64,000 nucleotides of DNA from assembly GCA_002633005.1 (NCBI GenBank), contig NMRA01000178.1:696410-760409 (forward strand), read 5' to 3'. The stretch is from Phoronis australis. Lineage: Eukaryota; Animalia; Phoronida. Positions 26,501 to 37,800 of the stretch are shown here, in pieces. Both the position numbers and the translations under genes were made by a program. Under the pieces are notes generated by a model. That model was not told the origin of the DNA. It did no database searches and saw nothing but the letters and a program-made list of their open reading frames with translations. Positions within the stretch are counted from its first letter, which is position 1; every line of letters starts with the position of its first letter.

Positions 26501-27850
26501 GACTTAAATGTATTTTCACCATCTGCCATCCTCGCTGCTCTCCGTGTCACGTGCCTTGTTTCTATTGGCTCCTTTCACATGCGGCTTTACTTCTATTCGC
26601 AACAGGAGGGTGACGCTCAGTCCTTCCCCGAGGAAGACATCCGGTCGAAAGTAAGGCTTAGTGTCGTGTGCATTTAGTGCTTTTGAAATTAACGTCCCAA
26701 TCTGTGACAGTAACGGAGGTCAAATTAGAAAATTTTTGATGCTATCATTAGATGATAACAAATGTCACAGGAATAGCCTTATCATTATCCGTTCATTTCA
26801 TGGTACACATTCACCCACAGCCTGATTGTCCCAATTTTTTGTGCAGTTATATGCCAATTCTTAATTCATGTCAATACTTTTATTTTTTAAAACCTCATAT
26901 CTTTTTGAATGCTCACTTCAGCTCACAAGACAAACGATTCACTTGACTTGAACTCACAAGCATACATTGTCCACAGGATGAGTTTATTTATCCCTGTATG
27001 TGAACTACCTGTTTTGACAAACACACTCCCTTAATTTTCAAAAACCTCCCGTGAATCATTTTAATTTAAGATTTCAAATTTGTGTTTTGAACTTCAGTGT
27101 TGGCAATGGTTTATGTAATTAATGTGATTTATTCAGAACCCTGTTCCCAATGTAGATTTATTGTAAACTATATTAATTCACATTTCCTTTGGAATGTTCA
27201 ATGTTTCTCCTGTGCACATGTTCATTTCAAACTAAGCTCTGATTCTGTTTAACAGACTAAATTTGTTCTATATAGAAAACTGTAATTTAGACTTGAAATA
27301 CAAAATCTAAACCAGACAGCCATGAAACTTTTGTTTCTGCAGTCTTATTTAGTCATTTGGTAACTAAAGGAAAATGGAAAGTATGCAATCATTAAGCAGT
27401 TTGCTTGGTATCTTCCTTTAATAAATAAGCCTCTTTTCGTGTGACATTTGAATGACATGCCAATTATTATATTTGTTAAATAGGTTAATATACTGAAATG
27501 TATTGTTTAGTAAAAAACAAATATCTGTAGAATGATGTGTCATGCCCCCTACATTTTTATGCCTGTACCTTGATGTTGCTGTCCAAACAAAAGTGAAATA
27601 ATTTCGGATAATGATCACTCTGTAATATTCTAGAATATATTTTGAAGGTTACCAGTTCTGTTTCATCTCTTTCTGTAGGTTACCTGTTTGCATCATCTCA
27701 TTTCAGAATAAAGGTCGAGTGAACATCCTTCACCAAAGAACATTGTCAGCAGAGAGTCCCAACAACAGAAGACAAAGAGCTCAGCCCGGCACCCCTGGAC
27801 ACCAGAGACTTGGCTCCGGCTCTATAATGAGGCCCATAAGATATCAATGA
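17554..27850 (+). CDS. CEP126: Centrosomal protein of 126 kDa (KIAA1377) orthologue, about 11 coding exons
   Basis: Phase-consistent exons 17554-17582 (start tentative), 18397-18519, 19435-19586, 20207-21567, 22313-22516, 22817-23387, 23875-24012, 24565-24637, 24944-24987, 26606-26650, 27707-27850 (last three tentative). Recalled CEP126 motifs: ETNKRRK, RQEILSKRREQQKFATERFQRSHV, TPALEDAL, ESLCSADSLD, LKGILKR, IRDSIEVTK, LDKTPTDDEINWLWEKVR, ALSIEEQRLMQSLDRLNERL. AATAAA at 29125-29130. Confidence 0.85.
18715..18895. repeat. Degenerate intronic tandem repeat (CAGGTAATCACAA core, about 35-45 bp unit)
   Basis: About 5 copies of TTCAGGTAA(T/C)CACAA. Confidence 0.7.
23460..23562. repeat. 13-bp tandem repeat (GACCTCAGGTGGT)
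   Basis: About 7 degenerate copies. Confidence 0.8.
25009..25159. mobile_element. MITE, CCTCGCTAAAAAG family, apparently complete copy in a CEP126 intron
   Basis: Perfect 12-bp TIRs GGTAGAGTTCAG / CTGAACTCTACC, CCA on both flanks (possible 3-bp TSD), and internal sequence shared with the 2951 and 9068 copies. Confidence 0.8.
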
Positions 27851-29960
27851 GATGATCAGTTGTGTATTTGTTAAAGCTGAAGTCAGACTGACTTCTGCTG
27901 TGTCTTCATTATGCTGCAGAAATCATGGATGGTGTTGGAACACTGTAAACATACTTTTTTTTTAAATTGAAGTATCATATTTTGGTTTGCTTGACAACTG
28001 TAACTGTGTTCTATAGTGTCATGCAATGCACTCTAACCTTCAGATTTTGCATTACTCAGATGGTCGAGTTCAACTTTTGGGGAGGTTCACCATATATTGA
28101 GGCTTTGCAAAAGTTTGTTCCCATTTACTGTATGCGCAGGAATAGTCTTTTAAACTGCGTTAATTTTAGCAAAAAAAGAAAGAAATACACAAAAGGTCCA
28201 ATCTTAATGAAATCTACCGCATGAGGTCACAGTTTCCAAGAAAAACCTGTGGTTTTGTCATACAGTCAAATTGTGTAATAATGGACCATCCCATTTCTTT
28301 TCTAAATCATATCTGGTACTCACAGAATGCAGTTCAAGCGAGGGAGTGTTATAATTAATGTTTGTTGAAACGCTGCATTTTGTTGTCAGGGAAGATAGTT
28401 CATATCTCAAACAGTAAAACTTCATCCTAGAGATAATTCTTTCTTCACATTGTCATTTTAAATCATAAACTAGTTTGGCTGCAGGTGTATCCGAGTCCAG
28501 TGTCTACGTACCATTGAGTCTGTGGCCTAGTTTAACAAAATGCGGAAAACATGATATAGGTAATTGAGTACATTTCCTTGGGCATGGAGATCAATCTGAC
28601 AGGCGGCCATTTCCATTGTACTTTAATGAGTGAGGCTCCAGTGCAGTCTTTTCACATTCAGTTTTTGGGCTTGTTGCACTGTTTGTGTGAAGAGTTTAAT
28701 TATTATATACTTTTTCATTTCACAACCCATTTGCATACATTGTACATTTACATTGATGTACATATATTAAATTCTATGGCGTTGACCCTGTGTCCAATAT
28801 TATGTTTTTACCCAATTTTCCAATCACACGCAGCCTGTCAGTGACGTGACATTATAGTGTGGTTATTATATTTCTGGTCTTTGATCATGGTCTGTTAGGT
28901 AGTTGACAGGTGTTATTGTTCAGCGTGTGCCTGACGTCTGTTAAATAGATAAATAACGCTGACTGAAGGGCATAAGATGGAAAGTTTGATGTCGAGATGT
29001 CTCACAGTAGCCCATTGAGAATTACCTAGTTCGTACATTATGTTGTGCTACTCTGGTATTGTTATTCTAGTCTCATTGAGATTACAATCAGCATTCCATA
29101 CTTGTTTAATTTCATTTGAATTTTAATAAAATGCACTGTGTTGTATGCAATGCCAAAATTCTTAATTCACATTTCTAATGTCGGTTTTAAAAATCCGTCT
29201 CCACTCAACTGTTGGAGAGTGAAAACCAGGTTATCAGTCACATCATCATCATCATGACAGCCTACAGATATTGTATGCTTGGGTGATATTTCAACATAGC
29301 CAAGTATAGTGCCATCTCTGGTACCTCTAATTTTGACAGGTATGTTTACTTTCTGTGTTTTCCACCTTTTTAGTACATTTATTGCCCAAAAAATAAACAT
29401 GGAAAGGGTAGTCTGAGGTTGGAGGCCCCAGATCTAGACGTAACAAGAAAGTAAAACAATAAGTATTCAACATAATTATATCAAATTACTGTAAATTTAC
29501 CAGTAAAAGGGAACGGGGGAAGGACTTTCGTGCATCTTTCATAGACATGTTCAAGCCCATGCTTTTATGAAGCCTAATACAATTCAAATATCAATGTACA
29601 TATATACTCATAAAATAAACCCATATTCAAATCTTTATCTAATGCATTACACCCTGTAACAACAATTTAATTTCCAGGCGTTTTATTCCGGCAAGTGTTT
29701 GCTCCGATTCCCAAAAAGCTCTTACACAAGTGCAATAGTAGAGCATATGGTGCTTTTAAGCAAGTAAGCAATTCCACAACAAACTTTGGCCCTCGTGGAA
29801 TTCCATAATTGATTTACCACAATAACCTGCAGGTTACCAGAACAACACAGCTTCCGCACTCTAAAATATTTCCTTCACGTACACTTACGAACACAGCTGT
29901 TGGCCTGCCCTGCTTGGTTCATGGACATGGGACTCTTGAGCAATATTTAAGAGTCGTGAT

Positions 29961-30800
29961 CGCGCAAGTTGCTGCTTGGCTGCCAGTACAAGAACTTGGT
30001 GAGGAACCGAATGTCATCATTGCTTTCAACAGGGAAGCTCGGGAATGGCCTCCTGGAGTAGCCCAAGCATTGTGCTGTCAGCAATGGCGTGATCTTGGCG
30101 GTATTAATGCCATCATTGTAGCAACTGATGGATCCTTCGATGGTGAAACTAATCGTGCGGGATGGGGCTATCAAATACGCTGTGCTAACAACGTCATTGC
30201 GGAAGGTAGTGGCTGCCACCATATATCCACAAGCAGTACGTGGATGGAGTTTGAGGCTATACAACGAGCCCTAACCAAGCTGTCACTCCTAGACCTGGAG
30301 AATCACACCATTATCTTTGCCACCGATTCCATGGCAGTGTTGATGAAAGTTCAATCTGGAAACCTCCCAGCCAACTGGGGTGTCTTCCGATCACGCCACC
30401 CTCATCATGTGGTGATCTGGTCTTTCGTACCTGGCCACGCCGGTGTCTTGATTGATGAGCGTGCAGATTACCTCGCTGGCTCATGCACCACCAACCAACC
30501 CCTCTACTTATATTCGGCTGACGTTAAGCTGCTGGCTCGCAAACGCAACCACGAGCAGACTGCATCCCAGCTGGCTGAGTTCAATGATGGCAGCCGCCTG
30601 CTCGAAGCCAGTATTATTTATGGCCATGCTGCGAAGAGTCACAAGAAGGGCCGTGCCCGAGTGCTGTCTAATCAAATGCTTACAGGCAACGTCAGCCCTG
30701 GAGTTCTGCGCCTTCTGCTGTCGTGGGGATGGTCTGGGGAGGGGATTAATGCACCAGCATATCCCCAATGATCCTGTCCGTGACAGGTATTACAGGTATT
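29961..30800 (+). mobile_element. 5'-truncated non-LTR retrotransposon (LINE, probably I-group) retaining an intact RNase H domain
   Basis: Direct repeat (TT)AAGAGTCGTGAT at 29947-29960 and 30799-30812 (TSD). RNase HI motifs ATDGS, MEFEAI, FATDSMA, FVPGHAGV, ERADYLA; stop at 30771; 3' hairpin CCTGTC-CGT-GACAGG and an (ACAGGTATT)x2 tail. Confidence 0.88.
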
Positions 30801-31845
30801 AAGAGTCGTGATGAGTTTTGGGATGCCTAAGCTGTGTTTTGCGAGTCCAGCACTATATTTGGTGTTTGGTTAGGAGGCGGATGTTAAACTTAGTGCACTG
30901 AACATGCACATTCAGAAGTGAAATGCAGGCACAACTTGAACGTGTACACGGTTTAGTGTATGGTGTTGAAATCTTTATTTTTGAAATAATGATGACGTTC
31001 AGAGAAACTTAATTTATCTTTCGTTACAAAAATAATTATTGTTAAAACAATTCAACAATTAAATATATAATTCAACAATTAAATTTACAATGCCAGAAAA
31101 CAATTCATTCCACAATGTATCACAACTGAGAAAATGTAGTTCTATAGCAATTGGAAAAATGTGATTTAAAGTCACTATGTGGCACTAGTGAGGCAGCAGT
31201 CCTCGCCGTAACAATGCAAATATTCAGATAATCGCGTGGAACCTTCAGCCTACAGACATACCCCATGCTTATGAACTGCTTGCTTTCTGTCGTCTATCCA
31301 AATGAAGTGAGGAGCCTTTATTCATTAGTGCCACCTGGGGAATATAAAGTGTTTTATACAAACAAATTATTCAACTACCCCATCTAGTGTCCAGGAAGGG
31401 AACCAGCCTCTTTCAACACCTGCTGATGCCCATGTTGCTTTTGGTGTGCCAATGTGGCAGTGACCCCTGCAGGCAGTGACACGTGTAAGCAGTGACCCCT
31501 ATAGGAATGTTTAATCAGTCAACTTCACATCGAGCTATGTAATAGCGTTTTCTCAAAACCCAGAAATCAAGTTGAGGCAACTGCATATCTGTAAGCACCT
31601 CATTTTGAATGCGATGCACCAGAAAACGTCGGATACAACAGCCTTAGCTCAGACCAGGAGTCTAAGTTTGGGTATAACAGACCTCACATTTCCTGTGGCT
31701 TTGAATAAGTGTCGATCCTTGACACTCGAACACACTGCTTTGAACTATACAAAGCAATACTAGCAGTCAATCTCTTCTTGGTATTTCTGGCTCGGTAAAA
31801 AATTTTGACAGACAGGTGGTACATAATACAGACTAAATCGAGTCA

Positions 31846-34800
31846 TCAGGATACCCTGTAGTCGGGAAGCACCACTCCCTGTCTCTGTAGCTCCCTTAAT
31901 GTAGACAGTATAGAATCCAGCTCTAGTCGAAACCTGTTCACTTCTTCATTCTTCCTCTGCACTAGCTCTTTCCATTTTTGTACTTCTACATCAGGGTGCT
32001 GATACACAGAAGGGGCGCCACTTCTCCTAATCGTCTCTTTCAGCTGCCGTTCCCTCTGGGCATGCCGTTCTTCCATGATCTTTATTTTCTCAAGTAAACT
32101 TTCAAAATGTCGCATTTCCTAGAACAGATATAACGATGAATTGTTAAGACACATAATTGGCACACTGTGAATCAAACTTAGAGTGTATCACTATCAAAGG
32201 TAATACAAATCGAGATGTTTGGAGGCACTTTTTGTTTCATTTAACACAACACAATGTTGTTTATTTTACATAAAAACCATGTTTGCGCCTGTAACAACGA
32301 CATTAACAAATCTCAGTAAAAAATACTACATAAAAAATGGTGTCTGTATGGCTTGTATAATTATGGGAATGACTAGGCTGAAGTGTCAACAAATTAAACC
32401 AAATTTAACTTGGTCTGCAAAGTGAAGTGCTATAGGCATTCCAGCATTGCAATGCTACCTGGAGACCTCCTCCAAGGTCACACAATGAGATACTGTCCAC
32501 AGCAAACACAAGCCAAATGTTGTTAGACTTACTGGTGTGTGACTTGTCTTGGCTTCCTTTAATTCCTCGTTCAGATTCTTGACCTGAGTCTCTAGTGCTG
32601 CCTCTCTGATACGTAGTACTGACAACTGTTCAACATCGCTCTCCCAGTGAACCTGCTGATCTCTCAGGTGTCTTATCACAGCCTGCAGAAACCAGGGGAG
32701 ATAAGTGAATGACAAATTGAAAACCAGGGGAGACAATTGCGTCGCAGCAGACGTACAGGAGTAAGATTCAGCTTACTTTAAGGATCTGCAGGCCATTCGA
32801 CCAAATAACCACAAAACTATGAAGCATAGTTCAATCTCTATTGATTGGGTTAGTTAGAAAAAAGGATACATCCAAAGGATAAAACAGCATCAATAACATG
32901 TCAAGTTTTATTTTATAAATTTCAAAAACACTGTCACAGCCTCGGCTGAAATTGAAGCAGGCAGGCACTTTTTTCTTCAAGTACTGAGTCGCAGCTTTCA
33001 AAATGAGTTGGGTTACAAACCAGAACCAGATTTTCACTGTCTTAACAGTCAGAAAATACTTGTCTTAAACTTTTCAGACGAAGAGTACATCTACGTTATT
33101 TGTACACACCTCCTGTGTATCTACTTTATTCATCAGATCAGCCATTTTGGATGACGAGTTGTGCAGAGCATGCTCAGTCAACAGTCGCTCCACTTCCTGT
33201 CTGTGTGCCCTGCGGAGTGACGCTAGCTCCTCCTCGTGGCCCTCTCGTGCCGTCCGCGCAGATGCCTCATGTTCAGCTAATGTTCTGTTGACATCAATAC
33301 GCTGCTGGGTAACTTGAAGTTCCAGTTGATCAATCTAAACCAAAATTGAAGTAAAAGGGTACTACAGCAATCTCTTCATATATTCTGATCATTTACGTTT
33401 TAATTACTAAATTTTGCTATGCTTACCAGGTGTGTGTTTTGTAGAGGCAAGAATCTCACGAAAATACAACATGTACTACAAGCGAATCACGTGACCACAA
33501 TACATTCTTCGCTAGATTCTTCCATCTACGAAACTTTACTGAGGTCTCCATATCTATTTAATACTTTGTATCGTCATCTCAATTCCAATATGCTACTAAT
33601 TTGTACAAAATTTGTACAACTTTCGATTCGTGAATCCCCAAACAACATACACAGTGCATGTTTACAGAAATGATGATGCCTAAAGTTTTGTGCACAGTTA
33701 ATAAAAGACCGTAAGAAGTTTTCTTCAACAGTTGAGCATTCACAAAATTTTGTGGCCATGTGAAGGAAACTCCAATCATTCTGAAGCACACACATCTACA
33801 GAGCCTTATTGTAAGTCTGAATGAGAAGCAGGGTATAACTGCTGTAGCCTCTGTTCATGGCGCTACTAGTATCATTAACATTGTTTGATTAGACCACACC
33901 CTGCTGTGTCTTCACGGACTTGCTCTTTGCGGTACCCAGACAACCTCTACCTCCAGCATAACTCTCCTTGACACATACCTTCACTTTAAGATGTTCATTC
34001 TCTTTCAGCACATCATCAATGTGCAGGCCAGTGAAGACGTCAGGTGTGTAAGGTTTTTGATTGGCAGGTGTCTCTATGTCAGCAGGCACTGGGGCTGGTC
34101 GGTCAACTCTCTGGTTCAAGCTACCCCTGGGAGGCTTTTTGGTCACAAGTTTGTTTGACAAAGTTGCTGTAAAGATTTACCAATTTCATTGTCCTTTTTC
34201 AGTGCCAAACATTCTGAGGCAAAACATTTAATTTTTGTGTAAACAGTCAATGTTTGTACACAACTCTAATGATTGCCTATTAACCATCAGAAGGTTTTGC
34301 TCAAAGTCTCAGAAAAGTCCCGCATTCTCAGCCGACAGATTGTTAAAGAGATTGCTGAAATCATGCACGTCAAGCGGAGTTGGTGATGAATAAAGCTGAA
34401 TGCAACAAAATTCAAAAGAAAGAAGAAATTTGGACCATCAAAGCGGACAAAACAATAAACAAAAACATTGAGAAGAAAGGACATTGTTGAGATACACAGG
34501 CAAATTACAAAGCCTACACATGAATACATTGCTGCCACCTTGTGGTATTAGTCATGATGATCTTAATGAAACATACCTTCAGGAGACTGCTGTCCAATTA
34601 CAGAGAAACTAGTAGATAGATCTTGAATGTCCAACTGGTAGAGGACTATGCTCAAAGTAAGTGACTAGACAGATCTTGAATTGTTCTAGAATCAACATAC
34701 CCACTTTAGTCTCCAGTTTCTGTATGGTCTTCATCAATACTTGTTTCTCACCCTGAAGTCGCTCAATGCTCGTATGCAGGGAGAGTACTTCTTGTGTTTT

Positions 34801-37800
34801 GTCTGCCAGTGACACCTGTAGGGACTTCACTTGACTAGAGGTCTCTGGTTTCTTCTCTTGGGCAGCTTTTTGGTCACTCATTTTCTGTGCGAAGGCTAAG
34901 AGGACAAGAATTACAAGTAGTGCTTTTTGAGTAAAAGTACTTGATATAGAAGTACAACATAAACCTGAATGCAACTGAAACTTTGTTCTAAAGAGTAATA
35001 TTTCTAAATTTTAAAATAATGCATTGACCTACCAAAACAGTTCATCCTTGAAGTCATAGGCTCTAAACACTACCCTTTGATTGCGCAGGTAGACAAAAGA
35101 ATCCATAAGACTCGGTCTGATAGTCTGACCTACACTTGGGAAACACTGACATGAAATGGTTTGAGTTCCAGACTTCAATTTGCAACACTTGGGTTTAAAT
35201 TGTGGCCAAACTGGCAGACAGTTGATCCCTGGACTAACATGTCTGCTGCTCCAGTCAGCTGTCTTGGTAGTGGGTGAATGCAAAAGCAAACGAAAGAGAA
35301 ACAAGATTGTATGCGAAAGCGATTTTGAGGGTATGGCCATTTTGCATAACGTGGACGGAAGTTTCGCCTCTTACCGTCAGCCCTGCTCCGCTGTCTCTCA
35401 GCGTCCTGCTGTGCCCGCTGCACTTCTTCCCTGAGGTCACTGACCTCTTGCTTGAACCGGCTACGCACGCTATCCAGCTCTCTCTCCAGGGCCAGGACGC
35501 TGGTCTTTGGATGTGAAGTCAACTCTTCTGGCCTCGCAGACCGATGGTCGGTCTCCACCTCCAGCTGCTTCTCAAGGAAATTAATCCTTTCTTCATACTG
35601 ATACTGAAACCAATAACATATTAATAACATATTAATAACCCAACGCATTGAAGTCAGATGACTAACTCCAGCAGAGTGAGCTAAGAAGACTCAATTCTTT
35701 AACCTACGATTAAACTGAGTATCAAAGTAGCATTAAACCTGAGTGTGCTCTCTATCAAAAACAAAGGTTGGATTTTGGCCACTGACCATAAATTTACAAA
35801 TTTGATCTCAAATTGATCCTTAATCAAATGATGAATGATTTCCAAGATATGGAACTAACAGTTCATTACTTCTTCAGACAAAGCTCAGGTCACAGTGTGA
35901 CCTGAAATTGATGAGCTTCGTCTGAAGAAATAACTAATCACTTCTAGATCACACTAGATCACTTCTAAACTGAGTAAGAAACAAAACAAGACCAAATCTA
36001 CACTGTCATAACTTACAGTAGGTGGCCTAAACCAAAACATGGCTTTTCATAGACAGCTCAGGTTTAATGCCACTTCAAGTGAATTCCTCCTCAACCTCAT
36101 CAGAGACTATGACCAAGGAGTGTACGAGTATAGTAGAGTTCACTCCGCCATTTTACCATTCGCCGCAATGGTTACCAGTGGAAACACTAGAGCTCCAAGC
36201 GGTGAATAATCAATACTTACTTAGGAGCGCAGTCCGAACAATGTAAACACTGATGAATTCATACTTTAATGACGTTCAACGTGCAATAAAATTACTGTGT
36301 GATTGAAAATGGTTAGAATACGTAAACTAACATCCACTTATAATCGAATGAGAATGAAAATGTGTATTTTAATCAATATTAAAGTGTATTTGTTTTTATT
36401 CTTTTGAAGCTCCCTTCAAAATCTATCACGGTTTTGTTTCATGTTTGAGTTCTTAACAAGGCAAATTATCTTTCCTTATAACAGTTCATACCTCCATGGA
36501 CAATAAAATTTGAATGATTGCTCCTGGGGGTTCAGAGGGTAATTNNNNNNNNNNNNNNNNNNNNNNNNNNNNNNNNNNNNNNNNNNNNNNNNNNNNNNNN
36601 NNNNNNNNNNNNNNNNNNNNNNNNNNNNNNNNNNNNNNNNNNNNNNNNNNNNNNNNNNNNNNNNNNNNNNNNNNNNNNNNNNNNNNNNNNNNNNNNNNNN
36701 NNNNNNNNNNNNNNNNNNNNNNNNNNNNNNNNNNNNNNNNNNNNNNNNNNNNNNNNNNNNNNNNNNNNNNNNNNNNNNNNNNNNNNNNNNNNNNNNNNNN
36801 NNNNNNNNNNNNNNNNNNNNNNNNNNNNNNNNNNNNNNNNNNNNNNNNNNNNNNNNNNNNNNNNNNNNNNNNNNNNNNNNNNNNNNNNNNNNNNNNNNNN
36901 NNNNNNNNNNNNNNNNNNNNNNNNNNNNNNNNNNNGATCTTGAATGTCCAACTGGTAGAGGTCTATGCTCAAAGTAAGTAACTAGACAGATCTTGAATTG
37001 TTCAATACTAGAATCAACATACCCACTTTAGTTTCCAGTTTTTGTATGGTCTTCATCAATACTTGTTTCTCACCCTGAAGTCGCTCAATGCTCGTATGCA
37101 GGGACAGTACTTCCTGTGTTTTGTCTGCCAGTGACACCTGTAGGGACTTCACTTGACTAGAGGTCTCTGGTTTCTTCTCTTGGGCAGCTTTTTGGTCACT
37201 CAATTTCTGAGCGAAAGCTAAGAGGACAAGAATTACAAGTAGTGCTTTTTAAGTAAAAGTACTTGATATAGAAGTACAACACAAACCTGAATGCTACTGA
37301 AACCTTGTTCTAAAGAGTAATGTTTCTAAATTTTAAAACAATGCATTGACCTGCCAAAACAGTTCATCCTTGATGTCAGAGGCTCTAAACACTACCCTTT
37401 GATTGCACAGGTAGACAAAAGAATCCATACGACTCGGTCTTACTAATAGTCTGACCTACACTTAGGAAACACTGACATGAAATGGTTGGAGTTCCAGACT
37501 TCAATTTGCAACACTTGGGTTTAAATTGTGGCCAAACTGGCAGACAGTTGATCCCTGGACTAACATGTCTGCTGCTCCAGTCAGCTGTCTTGGTAGTGGG
37601 TGGATGCAAAAGCAAACGAAAGAGAACCAAGATTTTATGCGAAAGCGATTTTGGGGGTATAGCAATTTTGCATAACCTGGAGGGAAGTTTCGCCTCTTAC
37701 CGTCAGCCCTGCTCCGCTGTCTCTCAGCGTCCTGCTGTGCCCGCTGCACTTCTTCCCTGAGGTCACTGACCTCTTGCTTGAACCGGCTACGCACGCTATC

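Noticed and set aside
29809-30771. 320-aa cellular RNase H1 gene
   Set aside because: The TSD and tail show that only 29961-30800 is the insert; the upstream frame is host DNA with a TTG start.
34577-34589. 13-nt CEP162 microexon (CAGTCTCCTGAAG, minus strand)
   Set aside because: Phase-compatible only with an alternative upstream donor; the gene reads through without it, so it is unsupported without RNA data.
36514-36981. ORFs of 141-155 aa in the ORF track
   Set aside because: They only span the N gap.
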